NCBI GenBank assembly: GCA_045616505.1 | Contig: JAZLGV010000132.1 | Coordinates: forward strand, 3,245 to 67,244 | Length of the DNA stretch: 64,000 bases | Direction: 5' to 3' | Origin: Candidatus Gastranaerophilaceae bacterium | Lineage (GTDB): Bacteria; Cyanobacteriota; Vampirovibrionia; Gastranaerophilales; Gastranaerophilaceae | Shown here: positions 1 through 9,523 of the stretch, in pieces | Layout of the letters: each line of letters opens with the position of its first letter | How positions within the stretch are numbered: position 1 is the first letter of the stretch | The notes under the pieces: generated by a model | The model's input: the letters and a program-made list of their open reading frames with translations, nothing else | The model's database searches: none | Told to the model about the DNA's origin: nothing | Made by a program: the position numbers and the translations under genes

Positions 1-1
1 T

Positions 2-634
2 AAAAAGAAATTTATTGAATTAATAACTTACGGAGTGGATTATTATTCAAATCCAGAAGATGTATTAACAATTATTTGTCATGAAATTTGCCGTTTGTAT
101 GATATTCCAACTGCAAAAGTTATTGAATTTGATTTAGAAAGTAACCGTTTGAGATTGATAAAACAATTCGTAGATACTTCAAAAGCAGATATGAAAGAGT
201 TTATGGGTATAAAAAAATACGGTTATGAAATTATGAATTTCTGGTTGCCGATTATTAAAAAAGAAGCTCCTAGTGGCGAAGCAAAAAATTATGATTTAAC
301 TGATGAAACCTTCTTACCTAAAAATTTGGTTGAATTTTATAAAGAAATTAATATCCGTTCAAATTTGGGTGTAACAATTGATTCAACAAGTACAAGGAAA
401 CGCTCTTTGTGTTTGTTTAGTAATAAACCTGCTTCTTATTGGGATGATGAGTTGAAATATTTAAAATTGATTGCAAAGAAAATTGCATCATTATTGAAAA
501 ATATTGAAATAAAAAATAAATTGGAAGAAGTACAAACCGATATAGATGCATTAGTTGAAGCTAGTGATAATAAATCAAAAGATGAAATTAAAGCTGACTT
601 GGTAAAAATATTAGCTGGTATAAATGTTGCATAA
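2..634 (+). CDS. GAF-like sensor-domain protein; its 5' end is probably outside the window
   Basis: The reading frame is open from nt 2 up to the window edge, whereas the track ORF begins at GTG 35. The C-terminal half (NIRSNLGVTID...RSLCLFSNKPASYWDDELKYLKLIAKKIASLL) has a GAF-like pattern. The stop is TAA. Confidence 0.5.
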   Translation, partial: KKKFIELITYGVDYYSNPEDVLTIICHEICRLYDIPTAKVIEFDLESNRLRLIKQFVDTSKADMKEFMGIKKYGYEIMNFWLPIIKKEAPSGEAKNYDLTDETFLPKNLVEFYKEINIRSNLGVTIDSTSTRKRSLCLFSNKPASYWDDELKYLKLIAKKIASLLKNIEIKNKLEEVQTDIDALVEASDNKSKDEIKADLVKILAGINVA

Positions 635-650
635 TTTTTTGTCTAAAACA

Positions 651-690
651 TTGTAAAATCGTGTTTTTTAAGTGTTTAGATTTGTAAAAT
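651..690 (+). promoter_or_regulatory. two copies of the TTGTAAAAT promoter-like motif upstream of the 772 gene
   Basis: Exact 9-mers lie at 651-659 and 682-690. TAAAAT is a 5/6 match to a -10 hexamer. Confidence 0.45.
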
Positions 691-771
691 TTGTTTAAAT
701 AAAAATAGCAATTTTTATTTTCAGTTGTTTTATACTAGATGTGTGTAGTATTAGAAGGAAAAGAAAAAAAC

Positions 772-1512
772 ATGAAAATTAGTGCTTTAAATAGTTATTC
801 ACAAGCTTCATTTAAACAAAACAATGTAGCTTCAAAAAATGTTACAACACCTGCTTTTGAAGGTACTCAACATATTGCAAAAGTTTCAGGTAAAAAATTA
901 GCAATGGCTCTTGCAGCAGGTTTAGCAATTGCAACTCCTGCACTTCAAAGTTGTGCTTCAAATCAAGTTCAACCAACAAGAGTTCAAGCTCCAGAAATAC
1001 AAAAAACTCCAATGGAAATAGCTTTAGAAAATGCAGAAAAAGCTGCTCATACACAAGCAAGAGCAGAAGCTCAAGCAAAAGCTGATGCTTTAGCACAAGA
1101 AAAAGCAGACGCTCAAGCTGTAATTGTTGCAGAAAAAAGAGCAAAAATGTATGCAGAAGAAAGAGCAGACGAAAACGCTACTAATTTAGCTACCTCTAAA
1201 GCAAGTGAAATCGCTAAAAAATTAGCTACATATAAAGCACAAGATATTTATAATGAAACAGGTAAACCTGCAACTGTTACTGAAACAGCAACATATACTG
1301 CAACTGCTAATGGCTGGTGTGGTTATTATTCAAGAGAAATTGGAGTAGCAACTGCAAAAGCAACTGTAACTACTGAAAAAGTTGGCGATAATCCAACAGA
1401 AGAAATTACAGAAGGCGCAATTTCTCAAAAAGAAGCAACTCATTATGCAGAATATACAGCTACATCAACTAAAACAGCAACTGCAACAGAAACAGTAACT
1501 GTTGGTGAATAA
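772..1512 (+). CDS. hypothetical Ala/Thr-rich protein with an internal lipoprotein-like signal
   Basis: ATG 772 (MKISALN...) lies downstream of GAAGGA; the track start 739 adds 11 aa. An h-region plus lipobox (LAMALAAGLAIATPALQSC) sits about 45 aa in. AQAKADALAQEKADAQA and TATYTATA low-complexity blocks follow. A terminator lies downstream. Confidence 0.6.
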   Translation: MKISALNSYSQASFKQNNVASKNVTTPAFEGTQHIAKVSGKKLAMALAAGLAIATPALQSCASNQVQPTRVQAPEIQKTPMEIALENAEKAAHTQARAEAQAKADALAQEKADAQAVIVAEKRAKMYAEERADENATNLATSKASEIAKKLATYKAQDIYNETGKPATVTETATYTATANGWCGYYSREIGVATAKATVTTEKVGDNPTEEITEGAISQKEATHYAEYTATSTKTATATETVTVGE

Positions 1513-1544
1513 AAAATTAAATTAGAGTATATTTAAAATAAAAA

Positions 1545-1578
1545 CCCTAATCCGTCAAAACAGATTAGGGTTTCTTTT
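1545..1578 (+). terminator. rho-independent terminator
   Basis: The stem CCCTAATC / GATTAGGG is followed by TTTCTTTT. Confidence 0.8.
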
Positions 1579-1600
1579 ATAATAGATATTTTTTGTTATA

Positions 1601-2017
1601 ATGAATATTATGAAAAATAAGGTTATAAATTTTTGGTTTTCATTGTCCGACAAAATAAGATTTTTATTTGTTGGTGGTTTTAATTTCGCATTTGCTTATT
1701 TTTTGTTTGTTGTAATAACTTTTATTATCGGAAAAGAACATTATCAGCTTGATTTGGTTTTGTCTTGGATTTTATCATCTTTTGTATCTTATACAACTCA
1801 AAAAACTTTGGTATTTTGTACAAAAGGAAATATTATAAAAGAATATCTTAAATGTTTTACAAGCTGGATGGTTAGTTATGCAGTAAATGCGTTGTTGTTA
1901 GAGTTATTTGTTAGTGTTTTAGGTATAAATGTATTTATTTCACAATTTTTTGCGACAGGCATGGCTGCTGTTGTAACTTATATTTTATTTAAGTGTTTTG
2001 CTTTTAAACAAAAATAA
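1601..2017 (+). CDS. GtrA family membrane protein
   Basis: It is 138 aa with 4 predicted TM segments. The N-terminal FLFVGGFNFAFAYFLF motif is typical of GtrA-like proteins. Confidence 0.7.
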   Translation: MNIMKNKVINFWFSLSDKIRFLFVGGFNFAFAYFLFVVITFIIGKEHYQLDLVLSWILSSFVSYTTQKTLVFCTKGNIIKEYLKCFTSWMVSYAVNALLLELFVSVLGINVFISQFFATGMAAVVTYILFKCFAFKQK

Positions 2018-2022
2018 AATTT

Positions 2023-3294
2023 TCAGGCATGTGATGCGAAAATTCCAACTAATTTTTGAATTTTTTTGCTTTCTTTAAGTCTGAATACACATATAAGTGC
2101 AATTAAAACAAATATGAAAAGCATTATAAATAAAGCTAAATATGATTTTGTGTTGTAAATGATAATTCCGTTGATTTTTTGCGAAGGGAATAAATTTAGG
2201 AAAAACCCTGTGATATTTCCTAAAAAACCAACAACTACGTACATTGCAAAAATCATAAAACTTATTGCGGTTGAACTTCCTGTTTTGTTTATATCTTGCA
2301 AATAAGGAACAAGTAATGATGAAATACTTGAACCAAGTGCTAATATACAAAACATCACTGCTATCCAAAAAGTTCTTATATTAAAGATTAGGCAAGCACA
2401 AATGAAGAATAAAATTAGGCAATTTAGAGAACTTACTATTCTTAAAAAAAGAATTTTTTTGTGATAAATTTCTTTGCTCAAAAAGGCAAGAAAAACTCCT
2501 GAAATAGCATACATTGTTGCAGTTATAGACATTATAGTTGCTGCTTTGACAGAACTAAACTGACAAAAATCTTGTAGAAATTTTTTCCCTATAACAGTTT
2601 GTAGAACATAAAAACTTCCATAAATTGCGCATGCATAAGTAATAGTTTTTAAATTTGTGTGATTTTGCAAAACTGTTTTGATAAGTTTGAATTTTTCTTT
2701 TTTAGATTTTGAGTTCTTTTTTTTCTTGTTATCTTTTGCAATAAAGAAATAAAAGCATGAAAAGATTCCTGTAAGAATAGCAATTGCAAATAAAACTTCT
2801 CTCCAGCCATATTTATCAACTAATACGACAAAAGGTGCATTTGCAAAAATTCCACCTAAATATCCTACACAAAGAACAATAGATAAAACAAGTGCATAAT
2901 TTCTTTGAGGGATATTTTCTTTAAGTTCGCTGATTAAACTTAAATAATAAGAAGAAACACCAATTGCAACAAGGGTTCTACTTAAATATAAAAATGGAAG
3001 ATTGCGTGCAAAAGCAAACAAAAAAGAGCCTATAAAAAACATAATAGAGCCGATTTTTATTATTTTTTTGCCACCAAATTTATCTACCCAAAAACCAAGA
3101 AATAATTGAAAAACAGCGTAGATATACATTAATATCGCCCCAAGAGCCGTTATTTGTGCTGCATTTGCGTTAAAATCTATTTGTAAGGTGTCAAAAATCG
3201 CCCCTGGAATTGCAACACGTTGCATGTTTGCAAAAAAGTATAATATTCCTATGATTGCGATTGAAATTGCTTGAATTTTTTGTTTTTTATCCAC
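2023..3294 (-). CDS. MFS transporter
   Basis: It is 423 aa with about 12 hydrophobic segments and a central K-rich loop. GFWVDKFGGKKI matches the MFS loop 2-3 motif. Confidence 0.85.
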   Translation of the reverse strand: MDKKQKIQAISIAIIGILYFFANMQRVAIPGAIFDTLQIDFNANAAQITALGAILMYIYAVFQLFLGFWVDKFGGKKIIKIGSIMFFIGSFLFAFARNLPFLYLSRTLVAIGVSSYYLSLISELKENIPQRNYALVLSIVLCVGYLGGIFANAPFVVLVDKYGWREVLFAIAILTGIFSCFYFFIAKDNKKKKNSKSKKEKFKLIKTVLQNHTNLKTITYACAIYGSFYVLQTVIGKKFLQDFCQFSSVKAATIMSITATMYAISGVFLAFLSKEIYHKKILFLRIVSSLNCLILFFICACLIFNIRTFWIAVMFCILALGSSISSLLVPYLQDINKTGSSTAISFMIFAMYVVVGFLGNITGFFLNLFPSQKINGIIIYNTKSYLALFIMLFIFVLIALICVFRLKESKKIQKLVGIFASHA

Positions 3295-3369
3295 TATCTA
3301 ATTCCTTTTATATTTTTTATTATCAATAGAAATAGGCTTGTGTAAAGTAAAATTTATATAAAGATGCGA

Positions 3370-3410
3370 AAAAAGAGATAAAGGAAAGGCGACGGTTTTA
3401 ACCGTCGCCT
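3370..3410 (-). terminator. rho-independent terminator after dfx
   Basis: The stem AGGCGACGGT / ACCGTCGCCT is followed by a T-rich tract on the minus strand. Confidence 0.75.
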
Positions 3411-3419
3411 TATTTTGTA

Positions 3420-3821
3420 TTATGAACTAAATTCGTTTTTCCAAAGACCGTGGATATTACAATATTCAATCGCACTTAAATCACCTTTATCAAGGCATTT
3501 GAGTTTTAATAGAGGTTCTTCTTTTGGGTTTAAATATTTTCGTTTAATGTATTTTTTATCTTTTGAAATTGCCTCTATAAATTGAATATAGTGTTCATCT
3601 TCCATTGGATGTTCAGTTTCTCCGATTTTTATAAGAATTTCGTTTTCTGTTTTTTCAAAATAAGGAAGATGTTTTTCTTGATTTTCTTTATCTTCAATTG
3701 TTTTTGGAGTAAGCAAAGTCATTTTTTGTCCGCAACAAACAAGTTCTCCTATGCCTGCTAATACAACTTCAATTGTATTTCCACAATTTGGGCATCGGTA
3801 AATTTCCAATTTTTTTGTCAT
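3420..3821 (-). CDS. dfx: desulfoferrodoxin (superoxide reductase, 2Fe class)
   Basis: The N-terminal desulforedoxin Cys motif is CPNCGN...CCG. Centre II residues EHPMEDEHYI and C-N-I-H-G-L-W are present. Confidence 0.9.
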   Translation of the reverse strand: MTKKLEIYRCPNCGNTIEVVLAGIGELVCCGQKMTLLTPKTIEDKENQEKHLPYFEKTENEILIKIGETEHPMEDEHYIQFIEAISKDKKYIKRKYLNPKEEPLLKLKCLDKGDLSAIEYCNIHGLWKNEFSS

Positions 3822-3934
3822 AAATTCCTCCTTTTTTTAAATAAAGATAAGGGTTAATACTACAAAAAACATTACCCAAAAAGCTAATTTCCTTTTGCCT
3901 ACAAAAACATTTTTTGTCATGATAATATATTTTT

Positions 3935-4513
3935 ATGAGTGATTTAGAAAAAAATTTGATAAATATGAAAGATAAATACGAAAAAATCTTTCAAGAACAG
4001 GCAGAATATATTTCAAGCAGAGTTGATGAATTAGACATAAATTCTATTTTAGAAGATATGGAAACAAAACAACGTGAAATTTTTGAAAAACGAAATAAAT
4101 ATTCTTGTGTTGGTTGTGGCGCTTGTTGTAAGCTTGCGATTTCTGAATTTTCTTATGAAGAATTGAAATCAAAAGCAAAAAATGGTGATAATTTTGCAAC
4201 TCAATTTATTTCTATTTTTGTTCCTTATAAGGATATATCAGAAGCTAAAAAGATTTTTCCTGAGTATATTGAACTTTTGGAGGCTCAAAAAGAGAATGAA
4301 AATGTTTATTTTTATCATTGTCCAAAAGTTACACAAAATAACAGATGTCCTGATTATGAAAATAGACCCCAAATTTGCAGAGATTTTCCAGATAATCCGA
4401 TTGCTTTTTTGCCAAAAACTTGTGGGTTTTCTGTGTGGAAACAAGATGTTGAAGAAGATTATATGAAAAATTATGCATCTGTTGAAATTATTGATTATTT
4501 ATTTAATGAATAA
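3935..4513 (+). CDS. YkgJ-family cysteine-cluster protein
   Basis: It has CVGCGACC (CxxCxxCC) followed by HCP...RCPDYENRPQICRDFP. Confidence 0.8.
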   Translation: MSDLEKNLINMKDKYEKIFQEQAEYISSRVDELDINSILEDMETKQREIFEKRNKYSCVGCGACCKLAISEFSYEELKSKAKNGDNFATQFISIFVPYKDISEAKKIFPEYIELLEAQKENENVYFYHCPKVTQNNRCPDYENRPQICRDFPDNPIAFLPKTCGFSVWKQDVEEDYMKNYASVEIIDYLFNE

Positions 4514-4541
4514 TTTGAAAATTTGTTATATAATACAAGCT

Positions 4542-5663
4542 ATGGAAAAGAAAAACATATTAGTTGCATTTGGAACAAGACCAGAAGTTATTAAATTAGC
4601 TCCTGTTATTCTTGAGTTGAGAAAATATCCAGAAAAGTATAATGTGATTGTTTGTAATACGGAACAACAAAAAGAACTTTCTAATCAAACATTATCTTAT
4701 TTCGGTTTGAAAGCAGATGTAAATTTGGATTGTATGCGAGAAAATCAAACTCTTGCAAGTGTTCAAGCTCGTATTTTAAATTCTTTAGACAAGATTTATC
4801 AAGAGCAAAAAATTGATGCGACAATAGTTCAAGGCGATACAATGACAGTTTTAACAAGTTCATTGGTTAGTTTTTATCACAAAATCCCAGTTTTTCATGT
4901 AGAAGCTGGTTTGCGTTCTTATGATATTTTTGAACCTTTCCCTGAAGAAATTATGCGTCAAATGACTTCTCGTGTTGCACAATTACATTTTGCACCGACA
5001 GAAGCAAACAAAAAAGCATTATTAAAAGAAAATATAGAAGAAGAAAAAATTCATGTTACAGGAAATACCGTAATTGATGCTTTATTCTGTTTGTCAGATG
5101 AAACAATGAATAGTGCAAAAGCATTTTTCAATTTTGATTTTGATGAAGAAAAACTTGTGTTGATAACAGTTCACAGACGTGAAAATCACGGTGAAAGAAT
5201 AGATAGAATACTAAAAGCTATTTCAGACTTGGTTGAAAAATATTCAGATCACACATTTGTATTGCCTGTTCACCCAAATCCTAATGTAAAAAATAAAGTT
5301 TATGCAGCTTTAGAAAAATATTCAAATGTTCATTTGATGTCGCCATTAGATTATCCAAATTTGGTGTATTTAATGAAATTAGCAAAACTTGTGCTTACTG
5401 ATTCTGGCGGAATACAAGAAGAAGCACCATCTTTTGGTTGTCCAACTCTTGTAATGCGTTATGAAACAGAACGTCAAGAAGGTGTTGAAGCAGGTGTTTC
5501 AAAACTTGTTGGTGCAGATTATGACAAAATTATTGATGAATGTGAAAAAGTTCTTTCTAAATCAAAAGCAGAAACAAGAAACAAGGCTTTAAATCCTTAC
5601 GGTGACGGCAAATCATCATTGAAAATTGAAAAATTGATTGATGAGTATTTTAAAAATAACTAA
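4542..5663 (+). CDS. wecB: UDP-N-acetylglucosamine 2-epimerase (non-hydrolysing)
   Basis: Motifs AFGTRPEVIKLAPV, HVEAGLRS and TDSGGIQEEAP are present. I prefer ATG 4542 (MEKKNILV) to the track start 4473, which adds a non-homologous 23 aa. Confidence 0.9.
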   Translation: MEKKNILVAFGTRPEVIKLAPVILELRKYPEKYNVIVCNTEQQKELSNQTLSYFGLKADVNLDCMRENQTLASVQARILNSLDKIYQEQKIDATIVQGDTMTVLTSSLVSFYHKIPVFHVEAGLRSYDIFEPFPEEIMRQMTSRVAQLHFAPTEANKKALLKENIEEEKIHVTGNTVIDALFCLSDETMNSAKAFFNFDFDEEKLVLITVHRRENHGERIDRILKAISDLVEKYSDHTFVLPVHPNPNVKNKVYAALEKYSNVHLMSPLDYPNLVYLMKLAKLVLTDSGGIQEEAPSFGCPTLVMRYETERQEGVEAGVSKLVGADYDKIIDECEKVLSKSKAETRNKALNPYGDGKSSLKIEKLIDEYFKNN

Positions 5664-7075
5664 TCAATTATAATTTCTTGTTCATTTTGATAAATAACAT
5701 AGCCAAGATTAGCTTTTGGCGGTTTTTTAAGGTTTTTTGCTTTTGTGTAAATTATTCCAACTTTAGAAGAATTTTTTGCAATAGAGTATTTTTTTGCAAG
5801 TTTTGCACATTCAAAAATGATTTTATCGTTTTCTTTTTGTCCTGCTTCAAGTCGCAAAAGTATGTGAGAGCCTGCACAATTGTGGATATGAAACCATAAA
5901 TCGTTTGGACGTGCTAGTTTTGATACGATATAATCATTTTGTTTGTTATTTTTGCCAATATAAATTTCAAAATTATCAATTATTTGTTTATCTATTTTTG
6001 ATGGTTTTGTTTTTTCAGTTTTTTGGTTTGGTGAAATTTCTTCTTCAATTTCTTTTAGTTTGTCATAGGTATCACATTCTTCTATTGAATATAAAATTTG
6101 TTCAATATTTGTTTTTTCAAGTTCTAGTTCTTGTATCATTTGTGTTGTTTTTTCAAGCGCAACTTTTCCTTTTGTGTAAAGTTTGTAGTAGCGGTTTGCG
6201 TTTTCTTTTAAAGTTTTTGTTTCATCAAGATTTATTTTTAGTGTTTGATTTGTTTCATAATCAAAAATTTCAATATTTTTTGAGTAATCTTCATTGTTGT
6301 AAAGGTTACTCATTATCAAATCACCAAGTTTTCTATAATTTTCAGTTTTTTCTTTTGGTGTTATTTGTCGTTTAATTTTAGAAATGGTTTGTGTAATGTG
6401 TTTTTGTTTTTGGTTTGCTATTTGAAAAATTTTCGATTTTAAATTTTTAATTGTTTTTTCATATTGAAGATTTGCAAAATAATCGTCAATTTGTGAATTG
6501 ATATCCGTTGTTTTAAATATGCTTGAAAGTCCTTTGAAATCTCTTTTTTGTGCTTTTGGTGGGTAGCAATATGGCAAACCTCCAAAGAGTTCTCTTTCTC
6601 TACTTTTTTCTGCTCCAACATTGTGTGCACAACCGATTATCATATTTGTATCGTAGTTGTATAATATGATATTTGAGTGTTTTCCCATTAATTCTATTGC
6701 TAAACAAAGATATATTTTTTCGTTTGTTTCATCATAAGTTTCAAAATAAAATTCTAAAATCCTCTCGCTTTGTGGTTGAACTATTTTTGCAATTTGTGAG
6801 CTTTCTAAATATTTTCTTAGTAGCATGCAAAACATAGGAGGTTTTTGAGGCATTTTAATAAATCTTTTTTCCTCATTTTCCTTTGTCATAAAACAAACAT
6901 GAAACATGCTTGGGTTGATGTTTATGTAAAATTTTCTTGTTTCTCCAAGATTTCTAATAGAGAAAACAAGTTCAGTTCTTGTTGGTTGTTGAATTTTTTG
7001 TATTCTTGAGTTTTTAAGAAAATCAATGTTTTCTTTTAAAAAGTTTTCAAGCAGAATGTAATCAAAGTTATTCAT
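5660..7075 (-). CDS. rqcH: NFACT-family ribosome quality-control protein (RqcH/FbpA-like)
   Basis: It has an NFACT-N-like N-terminus, a central coiled coil and a C-terminal NFACT-R/DUF814 motif (DLWFHIHNCAGSHILL). ATG 7075 overlaps the upstream stop by 8 nt. Confidence 0.85.
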   Translation of the reverse strand: MNNFDYILLENFLKENIDFLKNSRIQKIQQPTRTELVFSIRNLGETRKFYININPSMFHVCFMTKENEEKRFIKMPQKPPMFCMLLRKYLESSQIAKIVQPQSERILEFYFETYDETNEKIYLCLAIELMGKHSNIILYNYDTNMIIGCAHNVGAEKSRERELFGGLPYCYPPKAQKRDFKGLSSIFKTTDINSQIDDYFANLQYEKTIKNLKSKIFQIANQKQKHITQTISKIKRQITPKEKTENYRKLGDLIMSNLYNNEDYSKNIEIFDYETNQTLKINLDETKTLKENANRYYKLYTKGKVALEKTTQMIQELELEKTNIEQILYSIEECDTYDKLKEIEEEISPNQKTEKTKPSKIDKQIIDNFEIYIGKNNKQNDYIVSKLARPNDLWFHIHNCAGSHILLRLEAGQKENDKIIFECAKLAKKYSIAKNSSKVGIIYTKAKNLKKPPKANLGYVIYQNEQEIIID

Positions 7076-9092
7076 TTTCGTTGTTAATTTCTTCTTTAAT
7101 GCCAATTGGTTCGTAGATGTCTATTTCTTCATTTCTACCTTTGACACTAATTCTTCCTGCTTCAAGTACAACAATTTTATCTTTTGCATCTTCATAAGTT
7201 GATTTTGAAATAAGAATATCTTTGCCAACTTTGTTGCAATTAGATTCAAGTCTTGAAGAAACGTTTACTGCATCTCCCATTGCTGTGTAGCTCATTATTT
7301 TTTGAGAACCTGATAGTCCTAAAAGAGCATCACCTGTATTGATACCAATTTTTACATCAAAAATAATTTTTCCTTCTTTTGCGTTTTTAACGGCAAGTTC
7401 GCCGACTCTTTTTTTGATGTCTAAAGCAGTTTTTACTGCCATGTAAGCGTCGTCTTCAGAAGCAAAAGGGTCGCCCCAGTATGCCATAACGCAATCGCCG
7501 ATAAATTTATCAACTGTTCCATTGTTTTCAAAAATAACATTAACTATTACATCAAGCAATTCGTTTAAGTTTGAAACTAATTGTTCAGGATTTGATTTTT
7601 CTGACAATGTAGTAAAGTTTTTAACGTCGCAGAACATTACTGTTATACGTTTTTTAGAACTTTTTAATTCAAGGTTATCTTGATTTTTCATTAATTGAGT
7701 TAGAACTTTTGGAGAAACAAATTTTCCAAACATGTTCATAATTGTTGCTTTTTTAGCAAGTTCTTTTTGAAATCTGTATGTGAAAACTAAAATTGAAGTT
7801 ATTATGAAATAATATAAAGGAGTTGCTAATGGAATCCAAAGTCTTATGTTTGGTGCTGTAAAAGCTAATATACATATTAAAATGTATAGAATAAGAAAAC
7901 AAGCTGAGTTTAAAAAACTGTATGTTGCATTTTTACAAATAAAACCAATGTAAACAAGGATGATACAACCTAATGCTCCAATTGCAAAAGAAGTTATTGG
8001 ATTTAATCTTGTGATGAATTTTCTTGTTCCTTTAGTGTTTATTCTTGAATCATTAATAAAGTTATCAAGAGCAACCGCATTAGCTTCAGGACCTGCAAAA
8101 GTAGGGTTTACAGCACTTGTGTGAATATCTGTTCCTGCTTCTGTACGACCGATAACGACAATTTTATCTTTAAAAACATCTGGTTTTACAGTATTTTTAT
8201 GTATTCCGGCTTTGCTTAAAAATATTTTTGAAATAGGAATATATCTGTAATTTTTTCCTGTTCCATGCCAGCCAATAGCTGTTTCACCATTATTGTTTAT
8301 AGGGATAATTCTGTCTTTGTAATATAGATTATTATTTTTTATAGTTATTTTTCCATCTTCGCCAACGGCTTTCAAAAATCCTGCAAAAGAAAGTGATGGA
8401 ATGTAGAATACTTCACCATTTTTCATTAGTTTAAAAATAGGTTGAGCATTTCTAATTACAGAGTCTGTTCCAACAACTTTGTTTACAACTGCCATTGTTG
8501 CATTTCTTGTGTAAATAGAATGGATTGGAGCATGTGAATAATATGTTATTGCATCGTCCAAATTGTCATCTTCAACATATACATCTAAAGATTTTTTTGT
8601 AGGTATGTAGTTGCTATTTTGAATTTGAGATTTATCTTTTAGTCTTCTTACCAAATATTCAGGGTCATTTAGCGAAGTTGCAAGAACAATGTTGTCATAT
8701 TTTCCAATTTCGTTGGCAAGCTTTCTGTCATTTGCTGGATTTTCATTTAATTCGTTGAAAATAATATCGAAAAGAATTGCTTTTGGTTTGCCTTGTTCTA
8801 TAAAGTTAACAACGTCTGCCCAAACACCTCTTTGCCAAGGGAAAGAACCAAGTCCTAGTTGAGGATGTTTTGCAAGTTCTTTTCTTGAATAATCGTCAAT
8901 TGATACAAGAACGATATCTTTGTCGGCAGGTTTAAAGAAATTGCTAAAAGGACCATTGTCCAATGCAATTTTTGTTCTGGCATCATAAGTCATAAGTTCT
9001 AGTGATTGAAAAACTCCAGTTAGTGAAATAAGTCTTTCAACTACAATTATGAGTACAACAGTGCATGCGATAATTAATAAATTTTTTTTCAT
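7068..9092 (-). CDS. CHASE2-domain class III adenylate/guanylate cyclase
   Basis: It has an N-terminal TM segment, a large extracytoplasmic region, three TM segments, then a cyclase core (TVMFCDVKNFTTLSE, FIGDCVMAYWG, GDAVNVSSRLE). Confidence 0.85.
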   Translation of the reverse strand: MKKNLLIIACTVVLIIVVERLISLTGVFQSLELMTYDARTKIALDNGPFSNFFKPADKDIVLVSIDDYSRKELAKHPQLGLGSFPWQRGVWADVVNFIEQGKPKAILFDIIFNELNENPANDRKLANEIGKYDNIVLATSLNDPEYLVRRLKDKSQIQNSNYIPTKKSLDVYVEDDNLDDAITYYSHAPIHSIYTRNATMAVVNKVVGTDSVIRNAQPIFKLMKNGEVFYIPSLSFAGFLKAVGEDGKITIKNNNLYYKDRIIPINNNGETAIGWHGTGKNYRYIPISKIFLSKAGIHKNTVKPDVFKDKIVVIGRTEAGTDIHTSAVNPTFAGPEANAVALDNFINDSRINTKGTRKFITRLNPITSFAIGALGCIILVYIGFICKNATYSFLNSACFLILYILICILAFTAPNIRLWIPLATPLYYFIITSILVFTYRFQKELAKKATIMNMFGKFVSPKVLTQLMKNQDNLELKSSKKRITVMFCDVKNFTTLSEKSNPEQLVSNLNELLDVIVNVIFENNGTVDKFIGDCVMAYWGDPFASEDDAYMAVKTALDIKKRVGELAVKNAKEGKIIFDVKIGINTGDALLGLSGSQKIMSYTAMGDAVNVSSRLESNCNKVGKDILISKSTYEDAKDKIVVLEAGRISVKGRNEEIDIYEPIGIKEEINNENE

Positions 9093-9160
9093 AAATAACA
9101 AATTTCCTAAAAATAAACTACATAATTTTTTATTATTATGTCATAAAAATAAAATAATTT

Positions 9161-9523
9161 TTAAGAAAGTTCAAGTAATGCTTTTACAGAACGAGCGTTA
9201 TCTTTTACTGATTCAATTTCGCAATTTTTTTCTGTTTCAGAAAGTATTTCAAGGGCTATGACTTTGTTTTCTAAAGCAATAAGATTGTTTATTGTTCCCA
9301 TAGCAACTGTTGTATCAAGGTCATTGATACCTTTTCCGTCTTTTGAAATAATAACAGATAAAGAGTCTTTTGAATTTCTTTCAACAAGAGCTTTTGCTGT
9401 AAGCATTCTAACTTCTGAATCTGCACAATTTGTTCCGATTTCTTCCAAAACGCCAACAGCAGAACTGTCTTCGTGCTTTGATAGTGCATCTATTACATTT
9501 GCAAGTTTTTCGTTATTATCCAT
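9161..9523 (-). CDS. hypothetical small helical (HEAT-like) protein
   Basis: It is a 120-aa ORF that overlaps the upstream ORF by 8 nt. Its helical repeat pattern (VGVLEEIG...SEVRMLTAKALVE) is HEAT-like. Confidence 0.5.
   Translation of the reverse strand: MDNNEKLANVIDALSKHEDSSAVGVLEEIGTNCADSEVRMLTAKALVERNSKDSLSVIISKDGKGINDLDTTVAMGTINNLIALENKVIALEILSETEKNCEIESVKDNARSVKALLELS

Noticed and set aside
842-1144. These are antisense or alternative-frame track ORFs lying inside well-supported genes. Examples are 842-1144, 2075-2368, 4182-4466, 5905-6375, 11945-12283, 14455-14808, 16710-17099, 21876-22304, 28349-28687, 38470-38763, 45520-45708, 59444-59863 and 62318-62557.
   Set aside because: Each is fully nested in a gene whose product has clear conserved motifs. 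Their translations are low-complexity L/F/I/K strings typical of shadow frames in AT-rich DNA, and none has an SD.
4473-4541. These are long N-terminal extensions suggested by the track: wecB from 4473, the APC permease from 32375, dnaA from 21625, anmK from 62928 and the cyclase from 9101.
   Set aside because: The extensions are non-homologous hydrophobic or AT-biased peptides, and several start at TTG. Internal ATG starts coincide with the conserved N-termini, and where visible they sit at proper spacing from an SD.
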